DNA of 64,000 nucleotides from Bacteroidia bacterium (GTDB taxonomy: Bacteria > Bacteroidota > Bacteroidia > Bacteroidales > GWA2-32-17): assembly GCA_016218155.1 (NCBI GenBank), contig JACREQ010000012.1, positions 15,064 through 79,063 of the forward strand. The letters run 5' to 3'. The first letter of the stretch is position 1; the number at the start of each line of letters is the position of its first letter. A model generated the notes under the pieces. It did not search any database and was not told the DNA's origin. It saw nothing but the letters and a program-made list of their open reading frames with translations. Below, piece by piece: positions 28,310 through 38,210 of the stretch. The position numbers and the translations under genes are program-made.

Positions 28310-29764
28310 TTATTTACCTTCTATTTTAATTAATTTTCCGGTATATAGGCTATTACCAACTTTTAATTTATAATAATAAATACCCTCAGGATTGGAATTT
28401 AGATTTATTGAAATTTGATTATAACCTTTTTCTTCTGAAAATTGTTTGGAGAAAATAATTTTACCCGTAATATCAAAAATGTAAAGACAAATATTTGTGT
28501 TATTTGTTAAATTGTATGAAATAATAGTCGATTCTGAAAATGGATTTGGGAATACTGATATATTTGAGTTTATAATATCTGATTCGAAAATGGAAGTATT
28601 TTCTTTTTTCATTATGTCAACAATAACCCCTTCAATAACTGTTAAATTGTAAGGAATTTCCTGGGGTAATAAATACCAGCTATTATAACTTCCACCCCAA
28701 CCAAAATTCAAATGATAGTAATTATCTGTATTATATCCGTCAACAACTACATTGTGTCCGCTGGTCCATGTTGGATTTACTATTGCCAGATGTGCAGGAA
28801 GTGTATCTTTCATGTTTTGCATTAATCTGTCATATAAATCCAGGTTTGTAGTGTCAAGAAGTGAAGCTGTGGTGCAATTAAAACGCATATATGCTTCATA
28901 TGCCTGATTTACTCCAAATGTGCCGGATCCGGCAGAGGTGTATACCTGAGTTGCTGCTATGCCACAGGCAAATGTAAGTGCAGCTTTGTCCTCGTTTGTT
29001 GGCAAAATGTTATTTAAATAATGCTGTTCTAAAGTATCCAGATATACATTTAGTTCCGGAAAAGATGGAAAATCTCTGGCTAAATAATCATTGTCAATCC
29101 AGTATTGGCGACCAGCATAATTATGATAGTAATCGTCAAAATCATTAAATTGTGTGTTATTTGTTGTAGCATGAAAGTTTAAAATTTGTGCCATTGCTGT
29201 AGATGGACAACCTGCAATACTTCTTACATTTGTTACTGGATCCATCGGACAAAAGTCACTATAAGGAGCATTTTGAGTCCAGTTTGTTTTTAACCAGCCA
29301 TCGCCAACATCAGGCCATTGCTGTAATGTTTCATCTGGTAGTAGCTTGTAATTTTCATTTAATAATTCTTCCCATTTACTATTATTTCTTACAATATTTG
29401 ATTGTGAAAAGTATTTATTTCTATTTGTTAAATCTGAAATTATTATTGAGAATAAAGGATTACTTTCATTTAATTCACCAAAATTACTTTCAAATGAATA
29501 AGCAATAATTGGAGGTAAATCAGTATTTGCACTAACTACAATATAGCCTTTGGGATTTAAATTTACAACAAATGCAATAATGCTATTTGTTTTTATTTCA
29601 ACACAATTATTTACATAAATAATGTCTGCTTTTTTAAGTTCAATTAATTTGTTATTTGAAACTGATATAACTTCATTATAAGTAATTTGTCTTGCAAATA
29701 TTGATGAAGTATTTAATAGTGCTATTATTGTAACAAATAGTAATAAAGTTATTCTATTTTTCAT
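28310..29764 (-). CDS. C10 (streptopain/SpeB family) cysteine protease with T9SS type-A domain
   Basis: Prodomain GYIVVSA..PIIAYS; WTQNAPY, AGCPSTAMAQI (Cys), GHNVVVDGY (His), YHLNFGWGG; C-terminal VFPNPF..GIYYYKL. Confidence 0.9.
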   Translation of the reverse strand: MKNRITLLLFVTIIALLNTSSIFARQITYNEVISVSNNKLIELKKADIIYVNNCVEIKTNSIIAFVVNLNPKGYIVVSANTDLPPIIAYSFESNFGELNESNPLFSIIISDLTNRNKYFSQSNIVRNNSKWEELLNENYKLLPDETLQQWPDVGDGWLKTNWTQNAPYSDFCPMDPVTNVRSIAGCPSTAMAQILNFHATTNNTQFNDFDDYYHNYAGRQYWIDNDYLARDFPSFPELNVYLDTLEQHYLNNILPTNEDKAALTFACGIAATQVYTSAGSGTFGVNQAYEAYMRFNCTTASLLDTTNLDLYDRLMQNMKDTLPAHLAIVNPTWTSGHNVVVDGYNTDNYYHLNFGWGGSYNSWYLLPQEIPYNLTVIEGVIVDIMKKENTSIFESDIINSNISVFPNPFSESTIISYNLTNNTNICLYIFDITGKIIFSKQFSEEKGYNQISINLNSNPEGIYYYKLKVGNSLYTGKLIKIEGK

Positions 29765-29781
29765 GTTTTTGAAAATTAAAA

Positions 29782-30537
29782 TTAAATAATTACATGATAT
29801 CCTAAAGTTATGATTGCATCTGCAGGTTCTTTTGTTATAGTAGCATTAGGATCTCGTCTTATAGCATTCATGTCATCCTCATAGTTCTGTGATCTGACAG
29901 GCATTATTAAACCAAAGCTTAAATAGTTTTTTAATTTTTTAGATCTTAATTCAAACCCAACTCCAAAAGATGGACCATAATAGGTTTCAGTTATATTTTT
30001 ATCACCTGTAATAACTATCATTGCATTATAACCATACATCCCGCAAAAGGTCGGACAAAACATACGACTAGGTAAAAAACGTATCAAACCTCCTAAATTT
30101 ACGCCCATATTTAAACTATTATAACCAAAACCAATAAATATTGATAAATGCTTTGTAGATAAAGATGTTACTCTTAAACCAAAACCACCATAATCGAGAC
30201 CAATTCCGGTGCCGGCACTGAAAAGAGGATATTTTACAATAAATGTTTTTTTATCTTTTTTATAATCTTCTTCAGACTTCTGAACTTTTTCTTTTTGCAA
30301 ATCTTTATTTCTTACTGTATCTTTATTATCTATATAAAAATCATACTGGTCATAATTCATTATATATACATTGGTGTCGTTGTTAATCTGATATTCAATA
30401 TATTTTCGATTGTCTTTAATAATATTACATTTTACAGTATCTTTTTTATTGTTATAAATTATTAAATCCTGTGATTTTATGTTTAAGGTTAATAATAATA
30501 ATGTGCAAATAGTAGTAATCTTAATTATATTTATCAT
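29782..30537 (-). CDS. Exported hypothetical protein with C-terminal small beta-barrel
   Basis: Start moved to the ATG at 30537 to avoid overlap and give a signal peptide; SQDLIIY..DTVKCNI start; Gly/aromatic strands GTGIGLDYGGFG. Confidence 0.65.
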   Translation of the reverse strand: MINIIKITTICTLLLLTLNIKSQDLIIYNNKKDTVKCNIIKDNRKYIEYQINNDTNVYIMNYDQYDFYIDNKDTVRNKDLQKEKVQKSEEDYKKDKKTFIVKYPLFSAGTGIGLDYGGFGLRVTSLSTKHLSIFIGFGYNSLNMGVNLGGLIRFLPSRMFCPTFCGMYGYNAMIVITGDKNITETYYGPSFGVGFELRSKKLKNYLSFGLIMPVRSQNYEDDMNAIRRDPNATITKEPADAIITLGYHVII

Positions 30538-30553
30538 ATCTGATTTATAGTTT

Positions 30554-31597
30554 TTAGTTTTCAACTTTAAAAAACATTTTATAATAATGCATTCCAGTAG
30601 CATCATCATAACCTTTTTCAATTAATTCTTTATTTCCATGAATGTAAATATGGAAATTCTTATCAAGCTTAATTACGCTTTTAAATATTCTTTGTTGTTT
30701 TTTTAATGCTTGTGATGAAATCTCAAATTCATCTGATATAGGAACATCAAAATCATCAGAAAATTCGCGGCGGTAATTATTAAAAGATGCTATAACCTTT
30801 GGATCTTCAATCACTTCATCTGTAAAGTTATCCATGCTGAATTTTTCATTGTTCTGAAAGAACTTTACGGATTTATTTAATAAATCAGCCTGATCGGCTC
30901 TGCTTACCTGGAAATCTTCGGGTAATTTATCAATAACAAAATTCTTACATAATGTTAATATATTATTTGTATTATAAAAATTGTCAGATCTTGGTTTAAC
31001 ATTTAAGAAGTCATCTTTCCAGTATTGTGCATCGTTACCTTTACTAAGGTTGTCAACTATTGAAACCAAAAAACCTTTTTCTTTCTCTTTGTTAATAATT
31101 AAACATCCTTTATCAAGTTTATTAATGTTTATTCCATTTTCAAGGTTTATGTTAAAATTATCTTTTAACTGAGAAATTTTTAAAAAAGTATCCTTATTTT
31201 CTGACTTAAATAAACCAATAACATTAGTTGATTCACCTTCAATAATTGCACCTTCAAAATACACAACATAAAATTCGCCTTCTTTTACTTTAGGATGAGT
31301 TGATTGTTCGTATAAATGTTTTGCAATGTTTTTACTTTGTTCTACTAGACTATCGGGATTATCAAAAATCTCAGACGCAAAAGAAAAAATTTCATTTAAT
31401 TTTAAATCACTTTCGTGATTCAGATTAAAGAATTCCTCGGATTTAAAAGCTGAAATGAAATATCTTTTAAGAATTTCTCTTAATTCCTCATTTAAGTCTA
31501 ACTCAGTTTTAGAAATATGTACTCCTTCATTTGCTGTTTTGTTGCCTACTTTATGAAGCATTAAACTTTTAATTGAAGCTGATTGTAGTCCAAACAT
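30554..31597 (-). CDS. Nucleoid-associated protein (YejK/NA37-like, Bacteroidota type)
   Basis: LHKVGNK, AKHLYEQSTHPKVKEGEFYV, GLFKSE, KLDKGCLI, YWKDDFL, IKLDKNFHIYIHG. Confidence 0.85.
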   Translation of the reverse strand: MFGLQSASIKSLMLHKVGNKTANEGVHISKTELDLNEELREILKRYFISAFKSEEFFNLNHESDLKLNEIFSFASEIFDNPDSLVEQSKNIAKHLYEQSTHPKVKEGEFYVVYFEGAIIEGESTNVIGLFKSENKDTFLKISQLKDNFNINLENGININKLDKGCLIINKEKEKGFLVSIVDNLSKGNDAQYWKDDFLNVKPRSDNFYNTNNILTLCKNFVIDKLPEDFQVSRADQADLLNKSVKFFQNNEKFSMDNFTDEVIEDPKVIASFNNYRREFSDDFDVPISDEFEISSQALKKQQRIFKSVIKLDKNFHIYIHGNKELIEKGYDDATGMHYYKMFFKVEN

Positions 31598-31619
31598 TTT
31601 TAATTATAATTTATTTTTA

Positions 31620-31627
31620 CAAATATA
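31620..31627 (-). promoter_or_regulatory. Putative -7 promoter box for the nucleoid-associated protein gene
   Basis: TATATTTG on the minus strand, 22 nt upstream of the start. Confidence 0.55.
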
Positions 31628-31754
31628 TAATATTTATATTGATGTAAGGTTTAAAGACCTGACAATAAAAAAACTTGATAAAGAGAAAAAATCTTTTAAC
31701 TTTTATATGTTAAAAACTAATTATTACGTTTTATACATCGCATGTCTATTCCTA

Positions 31755-31762
31755 TATCTTTG
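31755..31762 (+). promoter_or_regulatory. Putative -7 promoter box for the GH3 gene
   Basis: TATCTTTG 16 nt upstream of the GTG start. Confidence 0.55.
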
Positions 31763-31778
31763 TTAAAAATCAATTTTT

Positions 31779-34748
31779 GTGAAACGCTGGCTTTTTATTT
31801 TATTTTTACCAGGTATACTTAGTTCATTTTCAGGATTCAGAATGGAAGAAAATTTTCCTGTTGAACCTGTTGATGATACAAAGATTCCATTCCGGATTTA
31901 TTCACAGAAATCTGAAGCCTGGGCAGATTCTGTTTTGTCCACTTTAACTTTAGATGAAAAAATAGGACAGCTTTTCATGGTTTCCGCACATCCAGAGAAA
32001 GATAAAAAACATTATGCAGAAGTTGAAGAACTTGTATCAAAATACAAAGTAGGTGGTATAATATTTTTTAAATCATCAAATCCATTGAAATTGGCAAAAA
32101 TGTCGAATGACTTGCAGGCAATTACTTCTGTGCCTTTGTTAATGAGTATTGATGGAGAATGGGGTTTGTCGATGCGTGTTGATTCTACAATGAGATTCCC
32201 GTTGCAAATGCAGCTTGGGGCAATTAAGGATAATGATTTGATTTACCAGATGGGAAAAGCAATAGGACGACAGATGAAAAGAATGGGTATCCAAATTAAT
32301 TTTGCTCCTGTGCTTGATGTTAATAATAATCCGTTAAACCCGGTAATTAACATGCGATCATTTGGTGATAATAAAAAAATGGTTGTAGAAAAGTCATATG
32401 AATATATGCGTGGCCAGCAGGAAATGCATGTTCTTGCAGTAGGAAAGCATTTTCCCGGACACGGTGATACAAAAACTGATTCTCATAGTGATTTACCATA
32501 TATTGGATTTACACGGAAACGTTTGGATAGTTTGGAATTGTATTCCTTCAGACAGCTTATTAACAGAGGAATAGGGGGAATGATGGTAGCGCATTTAGAG
32601 GTGCCTGCTTTAAATCCTAATAGTAAATATCCTACAAGTCTCTCACCTGTAATAGTTAATGATTTGTTAAGGAATACAATGAAGTTTCAGGGATTAATTT
32701 TCACTGATGGTTTAAATATGAAAGGTATTACAAAGTATTTTAAACCAGGTGAAGCTGCTTTAAAAGCATTGCTGGCTGGAAATGATATTTTGCTTTGTCC
32801 TGAAGAAGTCCCAATGGGAATTCGTCTTATTAAAGAAGCTATTGAAGATGAAATTATTTGTGAGCAGGATATTGATGCACATGTAAAAAGAATACTTCAG
32901 GTAAAACAGTGGGCTGGTCTGGATCATTGTCAGTATGTTGATACAGCAAATTTAATGAAGGACTTATTTACTCCTGAAGATGTGTTAATAAACAGAAGAC
33001 TTACAGAAAATTCATTGACTATTGTTAAAAATGAAAAAAAAATCATTCCATTTAACAGATTAGATACTTTAAAGATTGCCTCAGTATTCTTTGGAAAAAC
33101 TGAAAAAGGTATATTTCAGGAGAGTTTAAGTCTTTATGCGAAAATAACTCAGTTTAATGTTGAAAAAGATTTAAGTACTGCAGAATTGAAACAGTTAAAG
33201 GATACTCTTAAAAATTTTAATCTTGTAATTGTTTCTTTAAAACAAACCAACAGATACTCATTCCGAACTTTTAATTTTACTGATCAAAGTATTGATTTTA
33301 TCTCAAACCTTGCTGATTCAAATAATGTTGTTTTAAACCTTTTTGCAAGTCCTTACAGTATTTCACGAATTAATAACATTAAGAAAATAAAAGCAATTCT
33401 TATTGGATATGACGATACTCGTTATCCTGCTGAGATTGCACCACAGGTTTTATTTGGTGGAATTTCTGCAAAGGGACATTTACCGGTTAATATTTCTGCC
33501 GATTTTCCATATGGATTTGGTATTGAAACAGACAAACAGGTTCGTTTAAAATATTCAATTCCTGAGGATATAGGGATTGAAAGTAAAAAACTTTTACCAA
33601 TTGATTCTATAGTTAATGATGCAATTGCAAAGCATGCTACTCCTGGTTGTCAGGTTCTTATTGCAAAAGATGGTGTAGTTATTTATAATAAATCATTTGG
33701 GTACTTTACTTATGATAAAACATATCCTGTAAATAATAATGATTTGTACGATCTAGCATCAATGACAAAAACATTATCAACAACACTTGTTTTAATGAAT
33801 TTATTTGATGCTAAAAAATTTGATTATAATAAAAATCTGGGGTATTATCTTCCTAAGCTAAAAGGCACTGATAAGGAAAATCTGTTAATCAAAGATATAC
33901 TTACGCATCAGGCTGAATTGGTACCATGGATTCCTTTTTATCCGGGGTTAATAACTAATGAAGTAAAAAGAAATACTTATTTTTCATTTTTACCTGACAA
34001 GAAAAAATTATTGCAAGTTGCTGATAGTATGTATGTAATGAATTCTTATAAAGATTCTATATATAAACAGATTTTTAAATCAAAATTACTGCCTGTTAAA
34101 GAGTATAAATATTCTGATCTGGGTTTTTATTTGATGCATTCTGTTACAGAAGCAATAACTCATAAATCACTGGATTTTATTTCTGATAGCATTATTTATA
34201 AAAGAATTGGTGCTGTAACAATGGGTTATAATCCTTTAAAAAGATATAATAAATTGCAGATTGTACCAACTGAAAATGATACTGTTTTTAGAAAACAAAC
34301 TGTCTGGGGTTTTGTTCACGATCAGGGAGCGGCACTTATGGGCGGAGTTGCAGGTCATGCAGGATTGTTTTCTAATTCAAATGATGTTGCTAAAATATGC
34401 CAGATGTTGTTATGGGAAGGAGAGTATGGTGGTGTTAAATATTATGAACATTCTACGGTAAACGATTTTACTTCATGTCAGTTTTGTCCAAAGAATAGGA
34501 GAGGGTTAGGATTTGATAAACCTGAACCTGATAAATCTAAAGATTCACCAGTATCAAAACCTGTTTCATTAAAAACATACGGACATCAAGGCTTTACAGG
34601 TACTTGTTTTTGGGTTGATCCTGAGAGTAATTTAATTTATATTTTTCTTTCAAATCGTGTTTATCCTGATGCAGAAAACAAAAAATTAAATAATCTTGGA
34701 GTTCGCAACAAAGTGCTGGATGTTGTATATGAGGCAATGGAGAAATAA
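31779..34748 (+). CDS. GH3 beta-N-acetylglucosaminidase fused to a beta-lactamase-fold serine hydrolase
   Basis: TLDEKIGQL, DGEWG, KHFPGHGDT..DSH and FTDGLNM (NagZ-type); C-terminal DLASMTK (SxxK), YSD, GHAGLFS, GHQGFTGT. Confidence 0.92.
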   Translation: MKRWLFILFLPGILSSFSGFRMEENFPVEPVDDTKIPFRIYSQKSEAWADSVLSTLTLDEKIGQLFMVSAHPEKDKKHYAEVEELVSKYKVGGIIFFKSSNPLKLAKMSNDLQAITSVPLLMSIDGEWGLSMRVDSTMRFPLQMQLGAIKDNDLIYQMGKAIGRQMKRMGIQINFAPVLDVNNNPLNPVINMRSFGDNKKMVVEKSYEYMRGQQEMHVLAVGKHFPGHGDTKTDSHSDLPYIGFTRKRLDSLELYSFRQLINRGIGGMMVAHLEVPALNPNSKYPTSLSPVIVNDLLRNTMKFQGLIFTDGLNMKGITKYFKPGEAALKALLAGNDILLCPEEVPMGIRLIKEAIEDEIICEQDIDAHVKRILQVKQWAGLDHCQYVDTANLMKDLFTPEDVLINRRLTENSLTIVKNEKKIIPFNRLDTLKIASVFFGKTEKGIFQESLSLYAKITQFNVEKDLSTAELKQLKDTLKNFNLVIVSLKQTNRYSFRTFNFTDQSIDFISNLADSNNVVLNLFASPYSISRINNIKKIKAILIGYDDTRYPAEIAPQVLFGGISAKGHLPVNISADFPYGFGIETDKQVRLKYSIPEDIGIESKKLLPIDSIVNDAIAKHATPGCQVLIAKDGVVIYNKSFGYFTYDKTYPVNNNDLYDLASMTKTLSTTLVLMNLFDAKKFDYNKNLGYYLPKLKGTDKENLLIKDILTHQAELVPWIPFYPGLITNEVKRNTYFSFLPDKKKLLQVADSMYVMNSYKDSIYKQIFKSKLLPVKEYKYSDLGFYLMHSVTEAITHKSLDFISDSIIYKRIGAVTMGYNPLKRYNKLQIVPTENDTVFRKQTVWGFVHDQGAALMGGVAGHAGLFSNSNDVAKICQMLLWEGEYGGVKYYEHSTVNDFTSCQFCPKNRRGLGFDKPEPDKSKDSPVSKPVSLKTYGHQGFTGTCFWVDPESNLIYIFLSNRVYPDAENKKLNNLGVRNKVLDVVYEAMEK

Positions 34749-34783
34749 AAAAAGAGACTAGCAAATTAAAGCCAGTCCCTTTT
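34749..34783 (-). terminator. Intrinsic terminator downstream of nrfA (possibly bidirectional)
   Basis: Minus strand GGGACTGGC-loop-GCTAGTCTC (G-U pairs) followed by a T run. Confidence 0.6.
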
Positions 34784-34799
34784 AACCTAAAATCAACAA

Positions 34800-36254
34800 C
34801 TAGTATTTTTCAGTATCGTATTTAGTTTCTCTTTCTTTTGCTTTACTTTTCCAATCAGGAATTACTGTATTAATAAAAGTATTTTTATCTGCAACCAATT
34901 TTGGAATATCTAAACCAATGTACTTCTGTGCTTTTTCTTTTGTTGAAATATCAGGATATTCAACTTTTGTTACACCGTGCGTAAATAATACTTTTGAAAG
35001 TATAAGTCTTGCTTCCTGTCCCATCTCAATTCCGTTTGAAATAATTCTTGCAGTTTCCAATGGTGCATGAAATGAACTTCCGTTTCCTGCAGCTGCGAAA
35101 TCCCATCTCCATTGCGATTTTCTTATAAGTTTAATTGCAGGATCCATTTCTTCTTTTGTAGCACCAGCTTCCCATGCTACTTTAGCTTCAATATGAGCTT
35201 TAACAAGTAGATTTTCAAGCATTATTTTAATTTCTTGTATCTTATTTTGTCTGTCTGTAACATTTTTCACATATTCTTTTGCTTCGTGTCCGGAATGACA
35301 TACACCACATGTATTTTCAATTTTATTTAATGGGCTCTGAATATGATGATCGGTAATTGCTTTTCCATCAACTGTAGTACCAGGCATATGACAATCTGCG
35401 CAAGTAACACCACGCTCGAAATGAATACTTGTTGTGTATAATTCATAATCCGGATGTTGAGCCTTTAAAATAGGTGTTTTACTTAAAGCATGAGTGTAAT
35501 CTGTAAAGTTATTTTCATCATAATATTTTTCAATATCCTCAACTGTCATACCTTTATCCCAAGGAAATGTAACACGTTTATTATCTCCCTTAAAATAATA
35601 TTCAACATGACATTGAGCGCATACTAATGATCGCATTTCATCTTTTGTTGCTTTTGTAATATCTTTTCCTTGTCGCTGGTAGGCTTCAATTAGTGTATGC
35701 CTTGTTATTCTTAAATTCATAGTTACTGGTTCGTGGCAATCAGAGCAACCTATTGGATTTACGATTTCTGAACCTAATGCACTCCATTTTTTTGTATAAA
35801 AATCGTCAATTCCTTTTTCATTCATTACTCTTGGTACGTCGGGACTTTTACAAACCCAACACGAACCATGTTGTGGACCCTCTGTTTCATTTTTAGGTGC
35901 ACCGGTTCTAAGTGTGTTTCTTACATCTTCAACTGCGTAAAAGTGACCGCGTGGCTGACAGTACTCTTTTGAAAATGCATATCCTGCCCAAAGTATTACC
36001 ATATTTGGATCTTTTTCTAGCATGTCTGTTTTTGCACTACCATTATGCAAACTCTTAAATGTAGTGTCTTTAGTTTCTAAAAATGAACTATATTCTAAAG
36101 GCCATCTTTTGCCCCATACTTCATTTCTGGGTTCCCATTGCCATAAATCTTTAACAAATGCTGATAAAAATAATATTACTATAACTACAATTAATGTTGT
36201 TGTTACAACCCGCATCTTAAGCAATACCTTGATTTTTGATTTAATCCTTTTCAT
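34800..36254 (-). CDS. nrfA: Cytochrome c552 ammonia-forming nitrite reductase
   Basis: Lys-ligated heme motif CWVCK plus four CxxCH (CSDCH, CAQCH, CADCH, CGVCH); LWAGY.F, PRGH.YA, VEYYF, KAQHP, QWRWD. Confidence 0.96.
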   Translation of the reverse strand: MKRIKSKIKVLLKMRVVTTTLIVVIVILFLSAFVKDLWQWEPRNEVWGKRWPLEYSSFLETKDTTFKSLHNGSAKTDMLEKDPNMVILWAGYAFSKEYCQPRGHFYAVEDVRNTLRTGAPKNETEGPQHGSCWVCKSPDVPRVMNEKGIDDFYTKKWSALGSEIVNPIGCSDCHEPVTMNLRITRHTLIEAYQRQGKDITKATKDEMRSLVCAQCHVEYYFKGDNKRVTFPWDKGMTVEDIEKYYDENNFTDYTHALSKTPILKAQHPDYELYTTSIHFERGVTCADCHMPGTTVDGKAITDHHIQSPLNKIENTCGVCHSGHEAKEYVKNVTDRQNKIQEIKIMLENLLVKAHIEAKVAWEAGATKEEMDPAIKLIRKSQWRWDFAAAGNGSSFHAPLETARIISNGIEMGQEARLILSKVLFTHGVTKVEYPDISTKEKAQKYIGLDIPKLVADKNTFINTVIPDWKSKAKERETKYDTEKY

Positions 36255-36303
36255 ATAATTTAATTTTAATTAATAATAATGGTAAATAAATACTAGAATA
36301 CCG

Positions 36304-36333
36304 CAAATATAAAACTTCAATTACAAATTGTAA
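36304..36333 (-). promoter_or_regulatory. nrfA -7 box plus upstream palindrome
   Basis: TATATTTG (minus strand, 36304-36311) and TTACAA-A-TTGTAA palindrome at 36321-36333. Confidence 0.5.
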
Positions 36334-36363
36334 AATATATTTAGATGTTATAAAGCAGAAATA

Positions 36364-37245
36364 TTAAGAGTGAAATGCTTTAGTCCAGTTTGAGATTTTT
36401 TCTTCTAACTCTTTACTTGCAGGAACTATAGGAAGTCTTAGATGATTTTCAATTAAACCTTGTAAAGTAAGAGCAGATTTAATTCCAACAGGACTGCCTT
36501 CAGCAAATATTAATCTTGAGAATTCTAAAAGTTTATAATGAAGAGTTTTTGCTTCATTGAATTTACCTTCAATTGCAAGTTTTACCATTTTTGAGAATTC
36601 TTTTGGGAAAGAATTTGCAACTACTGAGATTACACCACTACAACCAACAGAAATTAGTGGAAGAGTGATTCCATCGTCGCCTGAAATAACCTCGAAATGT
36701 GCAGGTTTTTTCTCTATGATTCCCATTATTTGCTCAATGTTACCAGAAGCTTCTTTGATTGCAATTATATTTTTAAATGAGTTTGCCAGTTTTAATGTTG
36801 TTGCAGCAGTCATATTAACACCTGTTCTGCCAGGAACATTGTACAAAATAATTGGTAGTGGACAATTATTGGCAATTGCACTGAAGTGTTCAAAAAGTCC
36901 TTGTTGGTTTGGTTTGTTATAATACGGTGTTACGGAAAGTATTGCATCAATTCCTGTTAAGTCAGCTTTTTTAATATTGTCAATTGCAGCTTGAGTGTCA
37001 GATCCACCAGCACCAAGAACTATAGGAACATGGCCAGCATTTTTTTCTACAATAAATTTTGTGATAGTATTTTTTTCAATTGCTGAAAGTGTAGGATTTT
37101 CAGCTGTAGTACCTAATACTACAAGATATTCAACACCACCATTTATTACATGATTTACTAATTTTTCTAATGAAATATAATCTACGCTTTTATCAGATTT
37201 AAAAGGTGTTACTAATGCAACTCCTGTTCCTGTAAAACTTTTCAT
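36364..37245 (-). CDS. dapA: 4-hydroxy-tetrahydrodipicolinate synthase
   Basis: ALVTPF, LGTTAE, PYYNKP, LYNVPGRTG, IKEASG, SGDD, GVISV. Confidence 0.96.
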   Translation of the reverse strand: MKSFTGTGVALVTPFKSDKSVDYISLEKLVNHVINGGVEYLVVLGTTAENPTLSAIEKNTITKFIVEKNAGHVPIVLGAGGSDTQAAIDNIKKADLTGIDAILSVTPYYNKPNQQGLFEHFSAIANNCPLPIILYNVPGRTGVNMTAATTLKLANSFKNIIAIKEASGNIEQIMGIIEKKPAHFEVISGDDGITLPLISVGCSGVISVVANSFPKEFSKMVKLAIEGKFNEAKTLHYKLLEFSRLIFAEGSPVGIKSALTLQGLIENHLRLPIVPASKELEEKISNWTKAFHS

Positions 37246-37251
37246 AATTAT

Positions 37252-37794
37252 TTATTGGTTAATTATAGATAGATAATGTTTTATTTGTTCGCAAAGAAAG
37301 TCAGCAGTTGGATTAGTGCTTATATCAATCATTAAATCATAATAATTAGGATTAGTAGTATATGGTCCTATTTTAAATTCTGCTTTAGACATTGCGTTAA
37401 TATATTCTAATTGAAAATTTTCTCCCTGATGTAGGTCTATTAAAATATCAATTTTTTCATTAATAAAATCGTTTATGTTATGATTACTTGGTATACCTTG
37501 CCAGTTAGTATCCTTTATTGTAAAGAAATTAAATCCGGTATAGTAAGAATAAAAATTCATAACTTCTTTACTGTCAGCAAAGCCTAAACCATAAATTCTT
37601 ATTTTGCGTTCTGTTAGGAATTTAGCAAAAGTACGTGCCGATTCATAATTTGTATGGTCAGTTGCATCGAAAATTATTCCTACACTGCGTGCTGTGTTAA
37701 AGTTGTGAAAGAATTTATTTCTCTCATGAGTTTTAAGGCTGGTTTTTAGTTTAGACCTGCCAATTTTATGCTTTATTTGATCTAATGCTTTCAC
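37252..37794 (-). CDS. Conserved Bacteroidota hypothetical protein (DUF6913-like) upstream of dapA
   Basis: VGIIFDA, FINEKIDILIDL, SKAEFKIG, YDLMI, IKHYL; GTG start; 6-nt gap to dapA. Confidence 0.75.
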   Translation of the reverse strand: MKALDQIKHKIGRSKLKTSLKTHERNKFFHNFNTARSVGIIFDATDHTNYESARTFAKFLTERKIRIYGLGFADSKEVMNFYSYYTGFNFFTIKDTNWQGIPSNHNINDFINEKIDILIDLHQGENFQLEYINAMSKAEFKIGPYTTNPNYYDLMIDISTNPTADFLCEQIKHYLSIINQ

Positions 37795-38007
37795 GACGCA
37801 AGTTACATAAATACTTAATTCTATAAAATTTTCTTAACAAGAATTAAGAACAAATGGTTGTTTATAGTTGCTTGACAAATGTAATCTTCAAATTATCACT
37901 ATTCTAAATATTTCTAGCAATTAATTTAATAATATTTAGAAAGCATAAAAAGCATATTATCTTTATTGCGGACACGCGATTTGAAATTTAATTTTAAATC
38001 GTAAAAT

Positions 38008-38175
38008 ATGTCAAATAAGAAAAAAAGTAAAAAGCAAATTGTAAAAAAAATGAAAACCAAAAAAAGTATCTTTTGGTTGGTTTTTAATAAGCTTTTTAAA
38101 TTTATTCAAATAATAATAATAGTTTATGAATTTGCAAAGCTGTGTTATCAGTTATTTTTGTTGTTAGGTAATTAG
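38008..38175 (+). CDS. Candidate 55-aa small protein (basic N-terminus, hydrophobic C-terminus)
   Basis: MSNKKKSKKQIVKKMKTKKSIFWLVFNKLFKFIQIIIIVYEFAKLCYQLFLLLGN*; preceded by a near-consensus TATCTTTA box and a hairpin; below the ORF-track cutoff. Confidence 0.45.
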   Translation: MSNKKKSKKQIVKKMKTKKSIFWLVFNKLFKFIQIIIIVYEFAKLCYQLFLLLGN

Positions 38176-38210
38176 TTACAGAATATTTTTGAAATTAATA
38201 ATCTTTTAAA

